43,785 bases of DNA from NCBI RefSeq assembly GCF_001194135.2, contig NC_068982.1, forward strand, positions 103,542,729 to 103,586,513, in the 5' to 3' direction. Shown one piece after another: positions 22,721-34,980 of the stretch. Each line of letters starts with the position of its first letter. Position 1 is the first letter of the stretch. Below the pieces are notes generated by a model. That model made no database searches. It saw nothing but the letters and a program-made list of their open reading frames with translations, and was not told the origin of the DNA. Position numbers and translations under genes: made by a program. This DNA is from Octopus bimaculoides (taxonomy: Eukaryota).

Positions 22721-24350
22721 GCCAGATAGTTCAAATACACATTCTTGTTTGTCTGAAAGATTTTCACTGCAGCAACAGAATTTTATTTTTAACTTTACCA
22801 ATGGATAAGTAGTTGAGATGCATCACTTTATTGTGTCGAGAACGACAGCCTGTTACTGCTATTTTTCCATTTGATCTTCTAAACTCAGCGTAGCTAGCAA
22901 ATGGGAGCTATGTAGTTCTTTCTACACACATAAGAGTGAATTATTCACCTCAATGTTAGGCATCTATATTAAGACGACTCATCCATTTCCAAGAGCACGG
23001 TGAAGTACCATTGTACTTATTCACATCTACAAGGGTGCAGACTTGCGGATAGTTTCTGTTCTTGAGTTACAGATTTAATTAATCACACGGTTTAACATTA
23101 CTACATTTGTACCATTATATACAGGGTTCATTAGCAGAGTCCACAAAGCTGCAAGCATTTGGATCAGGTTGCCAGTCTGAGAATAATTTTCTCTTTTCCT
23201 CTAATAAATCGAAGAGCACTACTTTCTCTGACTAAGCGATAAGAAAATAGAGTACAAAGCCTTGTATTTTATAAATGATCATAAGGCAAGTTATAACGTT
23301 GTTGCTTTTTTCTCATTAATAAATTCAACAGAGTAGTGAAACTTAACCACAAACTCCGTTTGCTGGAATTCACTTTATTTTAATATGACACTCGCAACAC
23401 ACACACAATGTATGTATCTGTATTAAGTTTTCACTCGAACTGAACGCTAACCGCTAGGGTTTAACATACTAAAACTACTATAACAACAAGAACCATCAGA
23501 GTCAACTAATTAGCAAAGGAGACGTCACGCAACCAATTAACTTTTCTTAAGGTGAGACAATTCTTTGTATTATAATTTCATTGTAGGTGGAGCCTAAACT
23601 TTCATGTAAAATTCTTTGTTCCCTAAAATAAGTTATGAAAACATAGTCCTACTGTACCGAATATATCAAAACAGAACAAAACATATCACATAGTGCTCTT
23701 GCACGGCCAGAACCATAGTTGTTTAAACCTCATTAAAGAACCGAAGAAAGAAACTACATAAATATATAAACATTCACCCACAGATAAACGTGCGACTGTA
23801 TGTTTATATAGCACATATACAGCACACAGGGAGAACGAATCAGAAAATATTAATACCGAGTTCCAGTAAAATTTAAGCGAAGGTAAACTTACGATTTCGA
23901 ACACCCACTGAGTTTCGGTACTTTCTTGGACCCCCTCCAGCAACAAAAAAGCAAAAACAATAAAACAAAATAATGATTGTGTTCTCACTTCTCTGCTAGT
24001 TTATATTTTAGAGTAAACGCCTACAGGATTGGATCGTAGAACCTATTTACTAAGGTTTTCTAGTTAAGATTTTCGTACGTATTGTTATACAATTTCGCTG
24101 CTGTTATTGATGCTATACTGGATTTGGAATTATCGATTTTACTTTTTTGATCAGACAATTTGAAAAAGCTTATTTTCGCAGTGAAGTGAGTTGTCATTTG
24201 AAGCGTTCCCTATAAATTTTGTCATCAACATTCTATAAAATCTGTATTACGAAAGTTACTAATAAAATGTGTTACCGACTTTAGGACTCCCAACATAATT
24301 CGTGACTCCGTTTCTTTCCCATTTATATATATGTTTTTTCGTAGACAAAT

Positions 24351-24613
24351 GTTGGTTTCAAATTTTGGCACAAGGCCAGCAATTTCAGAGGAGAGGATAA
24401 GTCAATTAAATCGACGCCAGTGCTCAACTGGTACTTTATTTTATCGCTCCCGATATGACGAAAGGCAAAGTCAACCCCGGTGACATTTGAACTCAGAACG
24501 TAAAGAGGGACGAAATGCCGCTAAGCATTTTGCTTGACCTGCAAATGATTCTGCCAGCTCGCCGCCTTAGAAATTTTTCCCGGGTTGCTAACGATTCTGA
24601 TAGCTTACCGTCT
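24351..24613 (-). mobile_element. SINE family B with an extra partial head
   Basis: Family B body at 24352-24568 plus a second head fragment at 24572-24613; direct repeat agacaaat at 24343-24350 and 24621-24628. Confidence 0.85.
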
Positions 24614-26854
24614 GTTTTGCAGACAAATATTATAGACACCAAGTTATTTTGGGTTATTATGCTTTATTACTTACCTTTACTGTTGGTCTTTTGAGGCCAA
24701 CAGTTAAATCTGAGCCAATCACAACTCTAATTATACAAAACTCTTTAATTAATCGTTAGCTCTAGGGGGGTCCAACGATGGATTACTTCATTTGATATTC
24801 TCTTAAAAGTAATCACTTCAGTGAGATTAATTACAATATCGAGGTACTACTGTAATATAGGATAACCATTTATACTATAAATGATACCTTCTAGATTGCA
24901 ACAACAGCATACTTAATAGAAGAGTGTTTCCACAGACACATATTTTTACGTTAAAATACTTTGCTGCTTAGATAAACTTTTAACTGTGAAAACATTACAT
25001 TTTATTGCTATTTCTCAGTTACATATTTTTTGCAACAAGAAAAGCGGAAAAATAAAAACAAACAATAGCAGCAAGTACAAGAACAACAAACAAAAACAAA
25101 GATGGAATTAAAACTAATCAAGACCTAAAGTAATCCTTCATTATATTTACATTTTATTTACAGGATATTATTTCTCGCCCTTTTCATTTCTTTTATATTC
25201 TTTATTATTTAATTTTTCTTTGTTATTTGAGAATAAGTCTCCTGATTGATATCCGTTTAATCTAAGATGTAGGTATGTTATGTAAAATGAGAACTTGGTG
25301 ACTTTAAAAAGTGTCTGTAATGTGAAACCTGTTGGATTGATTGTGTAAGCAATAAGGCGTTGGTTCTCACGACTTTTATTGACCTTTAATTAGTCTTTAC
25401 CTATTGCTGAATTAACATCAAATAAAAGTCTCACACTAGTTTCCAGTTACAAAAACTATCTCCTCTTTCACCAAAGGGGAAATGTCGATGTACATTAAAT
25501 ACGCAACTAAAAACATAGGGAGCCTCATAGGTTTCTAATCATTTTGATATAACCGGGTGAAATATCAAATTGACTACCGAATACTTCCCTTCAGCTTCCT
25601 GTTACACTTTACGGTTATTTAGAAGATTCGCTTTTCGAACTTAGAGGCTTTTGTTTTCTGTAAGATTACACAGATGAAGTTTAGACTTCTAAGTTATTAA
25701 GGGAACACACGAGGAAATATTAGATCGTAGTATAATAGCAATTCTTGTTACTCTAGAACCTTATAGCTGATACGATTTGTTGTCTCTTATTTCTAACTTC
25801 AAATCTCGCGGGATCCCCTATGCTTTTCTATCTCCCTCAAAATAAACTGGAATCGAGCCAGTTGGCTTCACACTCTTGTATGAGAAATTTGGAACCAAGA
25901 AAAAAGTATATATGTTTATACAAAGAAAAAAAGGGATTCTAGCTGTCATTTAATTATAATAAATGTGTTTATATTTTTTATGGTAACGACTTTTGATTTA
26001 TTGGCTATGAAATTCAATTACATTGGTCGATAGGAGCAGAAACGTATTTAGGTGGCACGTCTTTTAAGCAATTGCCTAGTTAACTAACCATAAAAAAAAA
26101 AGGCTGGAATTCCACTGCTACAGAAATATTTTAATCCTGAAGCTCTATTTTTAACACATGACAAGGATTTATCGAAAAAGCGAATACCTTTAGATTGAGA
26201 GGCGTTTTCTTTCTCTTGATCACGTTCCGCATCTTAACTGGTTTTGTGACCATTAGAAAACTATTTTCGAAGGGTTTTCAAAATATTTTGTTTGCTCTAT
26301 TTCGCTGCTTTTCCTATTAAAAACTCCTACAAACTTGCCGTATTTCGACTTTGAAATTAAAATTAACTTGACTACAAGCCAAATTTAAGTATACAGAATT
26401 TAACTGAAAACTTCTTTACCATGTGAAACAATGTATAGTCTATTACTTTATATTTCGAGCAATATACCTGGATATGATGCCCGAAATTATACTTTCGTTT
26501 TGTTAGAAGCTTTCCGTTAAATTCTATTTTCATATATCAAAATCCTTCGAGCAGACTACTACTATTTTCCTTCAATTATGTCTTTTGTCGGCCATCGAGT
26601 CAGCACTTTCTTTCGTTAATGCGGATCCTTATTTAAATCATTGGGTTAGATATAGCTGACTCCTTTCTTTGGCATTAGTTCAAATAACACAAGTACGCAC
26701 ACGCACACACACACTGATGGTTAAGTGACAACAAAATTATCTATGATCCTCATGTGATATGTAGAGAGGTGGTACTGTTGATTTACATCTAAAAACATTT
26801 CTATCACCATATAACGTATATATTACATATAAATGATCATATATATATAATATA

Positions 26855-26980
26855 TGACAATTCCACTCACAAGGCTTTGGTTGGCCTGGAGAGAGAGTAG
26901 AAAGTGCCGTGCAGTGGGAACGAATGAACCCGAAATCGCATGATTGCAAAGCGAGCTTCTTAACTTTACAGCCATGCCTG
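26855..26980 (-). mobile_element. SINE family C, decayed 5' part
   Basis: ccactcacaaggctttggttggcc...gcagtggg...gaacccgaaa...cagccatgcc resembles 38380-38502. Confidence 0.75.
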
Positions 26981-27221
26981 TGTCTATAAGATCACTTGTA
27001 AATTCCTAAACAGCCACATGTGAATTGCTGTACTTAAACATTCGCAACAAGTATTCTTGTTCATAATGCTATGTCTTCTTTGATTTGTGTTTTCTAAAAG
27101 TTTCACGATAAAAGCCTAAAAGAAGCATGTTCAACAAGGCTCTAGTGGTATTTATACACGAAGTCTTAGTTAAAATCTTCGTAGATTTCAACTCAAGACT
27201 TCGTGAACTAATCCTTACTAC

Positions 27222-27394
27222 TATAGGTACAAGGCCTAAAATTTTAGGGTAGGGGGGGCCAATCGATTATATCGATTCCAGTGCGTAACTGGTGCTTAAT
27301 TTATCAACCCCACAAGTCGACCCCGGCGGCATTTGAACTCAGAACGTGTAGACAAAGTGCCGCTAAACATTTCGACTGGCGTGCTAACGATTCT
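27222..27394 (-). mobile_element. SINE family B copy lacking the extreme 5' head
   Basis: gtacaaggcc...gtcgaccccggcggcatttgaactcagaacgt...gctaacgattct. Confidence 0.85.
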
Positions 27395-29310
27395 TATTTC
27401 TTTATTGCCCACAATGGGCTAAACATAGAGGGGACAAACAAGGACAGACAAAGGGATTAAGTCGATTACATCGACCCCAGTGCGTAACTGGTACTTAATT
27501 TATCGACTCCGAAAGGATGAAAGGCAAAGTGGACCTCGGCGGAATTTGAACTCAGAACATAACGGCAGAAGAAATACCGATTTCTTTATTACCCATAAAG
27601 GGCTATACAAAGAATTTNNNNNNNNNNCTTTCTTCCATTAACCATTGTTACTTCCGTCCTTATCAACTGCAAATAATCAGTTCTAGTGGGTGGTGTCTCC
27701 ACCAACCATACCCGTTTCGTTATTATATTTTCACCAAGTTCTTTTATGTACTCCCAGTAGTTTTTCTCATGTATCAAAATGCATTTCTCAGCACATTTCT
27801 CTGGCATCTTCACTCTTATTATTTCCCCCAACCTCTCGACTTTTCCCTCCATCTGCTCGCAATTCTCGTACTTTATAAAAAAAACCCTTGTATTTGACAT
27901 CTTTATCCGTTCTCTCCTCCTCTTCTTGTACATTATAAGTTTCTGGCTTTTCTATTTCTTTTATGTTTTCTGTTGACCGTTCTTTTGACTTATTTTTCCT
28001 TCGCTTTTTAGGGTTAGTAGCTCCATTTTCATTCTCCTTTGTTTTCTTTGTTTCACACTTCTGTCTCTCTTTCATTTCCTCAGTGTGGTCTACAATGTTT
28101 TCCTCCTCTGCTTGTGCTTTCTCTTGCTGTGGCTGTGTGAACTCATATAGGGGGCATTTGGTCTTCATATGACCTCTTTCCCCGCATATGTAGCAATTTG
28201 GTTTCCTTCCTTCGACTACAACATTTAACGTTCTCTCATCCTCCACTTCTATCTNNNNNNNNNNNNNNNNNNNNNNNNNNNNNNNNNNNNNNNNNNNNNN
28301 NNNNNNNNNNNNNNNNNNNNNNNNNNNNNNNNNNNNNNNNNNNNNNNNNNNNNNNNNNNNNNNNNNNNNNNNNNNNNNNNNNNNNNNNNNNNNNNNNNNN
28401 NNNNNNNNNNNNNNNNNNNNNNNNNNNNNNNNNNNNNNNNNNNNNNNNNNNNNNNNNNNNNNNNNNNNNNNNNNNNNNNNNNNNNNNNNNNNNNNNNNNN
28501 NNNNNNNNNNNNNNNNNNNNNNNNNNNNNNNNNNNNNNNNNNNNNNNNNNNNNNNNNNNNNNNNNNNNNNNNNNNNNNNNNNNNNNNNNNNNNNNNNNNN
28601 NNNNNNNNNNNNNNNNNNNNNNNNNNNNNNNNNNNNNNNNNNNNNNNNNNNNNNNNNNNNNNNNNNNNNNNNNNNNNNNNNNNNNNNNNNNNNNNNNNNN
28701 NNNNNNNNNNNNNNNNNNNNNNNNNNNNNNNNNNNNNNNNNNNNNNNNNNNNNNNNNNNNNNNNNNNNNNNNNNNNNNNNNNNNNNNNNNNNNNNNNNNN
28801 NNNNNNNNNNNNNNNNNNNNNNNNNNNNNNNNNNNNNNNNNNNNNNNNNNNNNNNNNNNNNNNNNNNNNNNNNNNNNNNNNNNNNNNNNNNNNNNNNNNN
28901 NNNNNNNNNNNNNNNNNNNNNNNNNNNNNNNNNNNNNNNNNNNNNNNNNNNNNNNNNNNNNNNNNNNNNNNNNNNNNNNNNNNNNNNNNNNNNNNNNNNN
29001 NNNNNNNNNNNNNNNNNNNNNNNNNNNNNNNNNNNNNNNNNNNNNNNNNNNNNNNNNNNNNNNNNNNNNNNNNNNNNNNNNNTGGTGTAGCTCTCCATAC
29101 TGGAGACACTACCACTTGCCACAGCTGGGAAAAATTGCAGCGGCTCGCGTGAAACGTAACCGTAATAATTCCACAAAAATCACAATTATTTACATAGACA
29201 ACTTACAGTAATTCACAGTTTTCACAACAGTATTCACAATAATTCACAGAGCCGTTATACCGCGAAGCAGTTCGCCCGGCGTGCTAACGATTCTGCCAGC
29301 TCGCCGTCTT
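27395..29310 (-). mobile_element. SINE family B variant split in two (body 27395-27579, head 29257-29310)
   Basis: The body stops at gaaataccg, and the family sequence resumes at ataccgcgaagcagttcgcccggcgtgctaacgattctgccagctcgccg. Confidence 0.8.
27580..29256 (-). mobile_element. Gag/ORF1-like retroelement with CCHC zinc knuckle, inserted in the SINE
   Basis: CYICGERGHMKTKC (CX2CX4HX4C) at 28154-28195 followed by a Lys/Glu-rich region; flanked by ataccg direct repeats (27574-27579, 29257-29262). About half of the element is N. Confidence 0.75.
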
Positions 29311-29929
29311 AACTTCGTGTACTAATGCCACTGGGTCTTTGTTGAACATATTAAAGCTTAGTTTTAGATTTTTATCGTGCCAATCTCCACTGTAGAAACT
29401 CATTTTAACGAAGACTTGTCACAATTTGGCCACTAATTACTTATATCAAAAGCTGAATTTTTCGCTGTAAATTTTACAAGCACGTGCGACTGAAACGCCT
29501 CATTTTAATTTACTAATTAGCTCTATTTTTGTCCTACGTTTATGTTCAACGTTCTTTTTTTTTTCAAATCCCTCTAGCACTTGGTGCCGTTTTGAATTAT
29601 ATAGAGATTGCACAACTTAAGAAATTGACACCATAATATGGAAATCACAAGCACCCATTCTATACGATCCAACTGCAATTTGGTTTGATGCAAAGTGAAA
29701 CCGAAATGCAGAATCGAAATGCTCGCGGTTCCATCCGCACACACACACACACACACATTCCGGCATCTACAAATGTGTATAAGTTCACTTACTTGTGTGT
29801 AAACTGCTACATACACACTTTCTACCGCTCTTACGTTTTCAAAACATTGTCTTCGTTCCCTACGCCTTTAAAGCCGCCCCAGTTCTATTTAATCTCTTAG
29901 TATCGAGCCATCGAGGGAGACCTGTGCTG

Positions 29930-30105
29930 TTACCTAGTGAGCAACAAATCTTCTCCAATGTACAACTTTCTTGAAAAATCAAAGAGCACTTTGGATAATT
30001 TACTTACAGACATCTCTAAAATATGGCTGGGTTAGTCTTGAGCATAGGTTTGCCTGATAAAGACCAATCTGCGGTTAAATTGCGACATCGTCAACAACAA
30101 CCACT
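29930..30105 (+). mobile_element. Decayed family E-like repeat
   Basis: ttggataat...atggctggg...gagcataggtttgcc...caacaacaac, loosely similar to 9655-9852. Confidence 0.45.
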
Positions 30106-30420
30106 CAGTCTATTTTTTTTTCTAGCAGTACATCAGTAGTTGAACTTTCCTACATTTTCGTGTACTCCTCTTCTCCACCTCTCTCCTCGCCACTCTCTCT
30201 CTCTCTACGCACACATATACACACACACACACACGCGCACATACACATATAAATATCAAACATTTATAACTTCAGATCATCACAACTTCACTACTTCACT
30301 TAAATAAAATTTAAACTTTTAAAAACATTTATCTGAATTGTATTCTTATTTGTCCGGTGCGTGAAATCCAAATTCTGATATGTCAAGGTTCGTTAAACTA
30401 AGAGTGTAATATATATATGC

Positions 30421-30466
<46 letters not shown>

Positions 30467-30744
30467 AATGTGTGTGAGCGTATGTGTGTATATGAAGTTT
30501 GCCTCGATCCTACAAGCTAAAGAGACAGGCACTTAATTGGATTTTCAAGGAGTTTAGGTGAGAGTACAGGATTTGCATGACGTTTACAAGCATGCCAGTG
30601 CATACAAGGCCTCAACCCATGAATCAGGAGGAAAAAAAAAAACCGAACAGTGAAAGTGAAATATCATCTCATTGAGTGTGATTGGAGTGTCAATGACATT
30701 TATATTTTTAGAAATAAGAAATACTACGAACCGGAAACGTAGTA

Positions 30745-31120
30745 GTAATTGTGGAGATAACCAAGATGCGTTTCACAGGGCTACGCCTGGAATCTCTGCT
30801 CACCCCAGTTAGCGTAGGCAGATCTTCAATTTCATATTGGGTGTTTCTATCAATGACATCAATGTACTTAAGCGGTCTTCATTCTCTATTAGGATGCGGA
30901 ACTGTCCAGAATATAACATTTGATATGTCTATTATCCACCACGATGACAGATGCCAGAAAAGCCTACCCTGCGTTTGGAATGTGACCATAAATCTTATTT
31001 GGTCGTGTGCTCACATCTTGAAATACTTTGAGCCATTATGTCAAATGTGGTATGCATAAAATCAGAGCTCCTTCTTCATAGTCCAGTTTTCGGTTCCACG
31101 GAGAAAACTGCTTGTTACAT
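30745..31120 (-). mobile_element. RTE-type LINE 3' segment
   Basis: Minus-strand remnants in order: FLRGTENWTMKKEL (LLYGSETWT-like), AQSIS..HTTK, RRVGFSGICHR, ISNVIFWTVPHPNR, RPLKYIDVIDRNT..EIEDLPTL. Confidence 0.75.
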
Positions 31121-31504
31121 GGTGGAAGCGCAATGGCCCAGGGGTTAGGGCAGCGGACTTGCGGTCATAGGATCGTGGTTTCGATTCCCAGACCGGGCGT
31201 TGTGAGTGTTTATTGAGCGAAAACACCTAAAGCTCCACGAGGCTCCGGCAGGGGATGGTGGCGAACCCTGCTGTACTCTTTCACCACAACTTTCTCTCAC
31301 TCTTACTTCCTGTTTCTGTTGTGCCTGTAATTCAAAGGGTCAGCCTTATCACACTGTGTCACGCTGAATATCCCCGAGAACTACGTTAAGGGTACATGTG
31401 TCTGTGGAGTGCTCAGCCGCTTGCACGTTAATTTCACGAGCAGGCTGTTCTGTTGATCGGATCAACTGGAACCCTCGACGTCGTAAGCGACGGAGTGCCA
31501 ACAA
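31121..31504 (+). mobile_element. Full-length SINE family A, copy 4
   Basis: Aligns end to end with family A; no clear TSD. Confidence 0.95.
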
Positions 31505-31800
31505 AATTTGCCATGACATCAGCAGAACGAGCGTATATCTCTCTAACCTTGCCAAGGTTGCGCATCAATTGTGTAATGCGCAAGACTTGTTAATATCTCT
31601 TGAGAATCATATAGCTAATGTCGGTCTGTTTCTTAATACAAAGAAGCCTAAATACGTGACCAAAGGAGCACAGTGACGACAAGTATATTGAATCCTATGT
31701 GGCTGACAATAAGAAAGACTTCCTTGATTGCAAGTTATTAGCCTGCAGTACCCGTAACAAACTTCAAGCATCTGGTAATTAAGTACTTCAAAATCAAAAA
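31505..31800 (+). mobile_element. RTE-type LINE RT-internal segment, inverted relative to 30745-31120
   Basis: AQDLLISLENHIANVGLFLNTKKPKYV and DKYIESYVADNKKDF...RNKLQ match the post-YADD region of RTE RTs (AQ.LL..LE..A..VGL.LN.KKT.Y; FKYLGSY). Confidence 0.75.
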
Positions 31801-33726
31801 GACTCTTATTTATTGATGAAAATGAGTGTCAGTTCTAAAATCATCTATTTTATAAAATTAACTGTGATCAGGACTCGAAGTTTGCATGACTTATGCAACA
31901 AGTAACTTAGAAATGTTCCACATTGCACTTTTATGCTCGATACGGTTTGACAACATCTGTCATAACTCCAGATAGGCTAGATGGCAGAATTCAAGTGACT
32001 CTATAAAAAAAAAAATTTAAACATAAAAACACGACTGGTATTTTAAGCTTTGTATAATGCATACATGTTTTAATAAACTGATTGCCGTTGGCCCTTTTAC
32101 GCTAAACAGTCGATCACTTCCTCAGCATTATCAGCAAAAAAATACAATATAAAGAAAATTGTGAGCCCTTAGATACACTAGTGTATAAAATTAAGTAGCA
32201 TCTCATTGTTATAGCAGAACAGAGGGTGAAAAAAGTGAGTGTGAAAATACACGAGAGAGTGATGGAGCCAAGATAGGAAGGCCAGCAAGGCCACGCCTAC
32301 CCTTGAAATGCAGGCAGCCAAACCGAAAAGATCCTAAAATTTGTGTATTTTAAATAAAAGATAAAATACCACGTTGTGTTCATTATATATATATATATAT
32401 ATAAGGCTCGATAAAGCAAATGACGAGCGTATACTCTTCTGAAATGTATGACCTTACAAGACGCACAAACAATTTCAATGTACTTATTACATCTTGTCTG
32501 ACGTAAGAAATAACTAAATATCAAAAAGTACACGACACATAAATAACAACATCGCACAACAAATGCAACTTCAAGGAAGGTCTTAGAAAGTTAGAAAAAT
32601 AGTTATAATTCAAATACATGCCTACATTTTTGATATTTTCTGCATGGATTTTGAGGATGTTAATGATCAAAGCTTGTTAAGGAAACATCTGGTTCAGCAA
32701 ATTTGATTAATCAGTGTGGAGGGAGAAGTTCTAGAAGAAAGAAATATAGCAGAAAAAAAAATCGAAACAGTAAGATTGAGCGCATATTGACCTTTGTATG
32801 TCGTTAATGTCTGAATATCATACAATTCTTTGCTTGGGTCAACTAAATCAGTATTGTTGACAGGAGTAAACCCTGGGGAGGAGAATGTGGGTGGAAAAAT
32901 TGTTAATATATAACATCAAGATGGTTTTGTCCAATACTATGGAAAATAATGAGTGATTATATATGAATGCAAACTCTATTTCTCATAAAGAATTATTGGG
33001 TCAAAACTTCACTATTTTTGTAGCGGCTGATATTTGTCAGTTTGAAAACTACTGAGCTAAATACAAACTCATAAGCCACAGTTCATATCGTATTGAATAA
33101 CAAAATATATAAGCTTGTTGGTAAACAATTAGAAGCATATAATCATTATTTTACTTATAGTTTATTAATAATCGCGTCACTTAACTTAACCAATGATAGC
33201 TAACACCACCTAGTTAACTTTATGAAATTTAATTATAGAAATCAGCAATAGCTGCAAGATATAAATGTGAGATTATTATAACTGCCAACTCCCAACTAGA
33301 AACACATCACTTAAATAAATGTAATCAATGCTCTATAACTTTCAGCAAGTATTATAATTGCTGCCTGTAGTCCGAAAGAGTGATTAATTTAGAAGGAAAA
33401 AAAGTAAAAACTTAAAAATTATATTATATCTATGCCGGAAAATTATATCAAAATTACTTAGATATTGATATTAATTTACTTAGAATTAAATTGAATGTAT
33501 TGGTAGCAAGCGAAGAAAAGAAATTCATCGATATTATATTACAAAGGAAATTCAATGTAATATTAATATGGAAAATATGATAAATTCAATCAAGGTTATA
33601 TTAATATGAATAATATCGAGAAAAGTTTCCCCGAACAATGCATGTCGAGTAAATAGTAGTATAATTTAGTGGTTATATAATAAAGACAAGAAGGAGTGTA
33701 TAACATGGAGAGGAATGGGAAAAAAA

Positions 33727-34308
33727 TTATTTCAGAAAGATGTTGATGTATAAGAGCTTATTATAAATCTTTGCATCCATTTTCCCCACAAGGTTTTAAG
33801 AACTCCAAGTTCCTTTTTTGTTTTGGAAGCTGTTGCAGATTCTCTTTACTCTTTTTATGAGGTTAAAAATGTCATCTTCGAATGATTCCGTGTTCTTGTT
33901 AGTTGGTACATTCTAATGCGTTCTGGAAGCGAATTTCTCATTTGTATTGCTACATGGCGTTCCTTTGCCATAAAAATACGCCCAGCATTCTGATTTTCTT
34001 ATGAAGCCTTTCGTGTTTTCTATCAAGTATTTCATGTATTTCTTTATTTCTTGAGTGGAAAAATTTAACTGACCATCTCCGTTTTCAACCACTATTAATT
34101 CTTCCGTATATAGTGCTCTGCTTTTAGAAGAGAAACGATATGTTTGTATGGTATGGCACAAAGAATTATACAAACAAGAAGAAAAGAGACTACTCAATAC
34201 GGAATGGAGATTTTCATCATATTTAATGGAAGCTGAACCCTTAGTTAACCTTTGCTTCGAGATTCGTGTTACCAACTCTTGAATGGTAGTAGAGATTAGA
34301 GTAAGCAT
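33727..34308 (-). pseudogene. Penelope-like element (PLE) ORF remnant, N-terminal region
   Basis: The frame stays open for about 190 codons apart from one TAG (33913-33915): EIKKYMKYLIENTKGFIRKSECWAYFY...FASRTH*NVPTNKNTESFEDDIFNLIKRVKRICNSFQNK. This resembles the PLE N-terminal pattern (K.YLK.LIEK...FI.R.RW.A.F...FE.DL.NLIK.I.FR...N.FQ) as I recall it. Confidence 0.62.
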
Positions 34309-34601
34309 ATATGAAATACGGCTAGTATTTATAATTTTTCGTAGGGAAAACTAACGAAGAAACCCTTCTTAGAAAAAGTGCTCACAAAAGATGCCCCCCC
34401 CCCAAAAAAAAATCCCTAAAAATAAGGGAATGTTCTTTCAGAAGAGTGTTCAGAACGATGTATGAATTTGATGGGCTTTGATTGGATACTAAGATAGTGT
34501 GCAATTTTCTTGTGTTTTGTGTGCCTAGATGAATATATTGGGTAGATGGAAATGGGTGGGGAGTTGTGTATGTGTAAGTTATTGTTGCTTTATAATGAGA
34601 G

Positions 34602-34980
34602 GGTGGAGGCGCAATGGTCCAGTGGTTAGGGCAGCGAAGTCGCGGTCATAGGATCGCGGTTTCGATTCCCAGACCAGGTGTTGTGAGTGTTTATTGAGCG
34701 AATATACCTAAAAGCTCCACGAGGGTCCGGCAGGGGTTGGTGGCGAACCCTGCTGTACTCTTTCGCCACAACTTTCTCTCACTCTTACTTCCTGTTTCTG
34801 TTGTGCCTGTAATTCAAAGGGTCAGCCTTGTCACACTGAATATCCCCGAGAACTACGTTAAGGGTACACGTGTCTGTGGAGTGCTCAGCCACTTGCACGT
34901 TAATTTCACGAGCAGGCTGTTCCGTTCGTCGGATCAACTGGAACCCTTGACGTTGTAAGCGACGGAGTGCCAACAAGAAG
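34602..34980 (+). mobile_element. Full-length SINE family A, copy 5
   Basis: Family A alignment with a 10-bp internal deletion; direct repeat ataatgagaggg at 34592-34603 and 34981-34992. Confidence 0.95.

Noticed and set aside
33400-33580. ATG-less Ile/Lys/Leu/Asn-rich open frame on the plus strand
   Set aside because: Expected by chance in very AT-rich DNA; no motif.
34079-34106. Possible decayed hammerhead (cggaaga...gaaaacg on the minus strand) within the PLE remnant
   Set aside because: The core is mutated (CGGA for CUGA) and no stem II can be formed.
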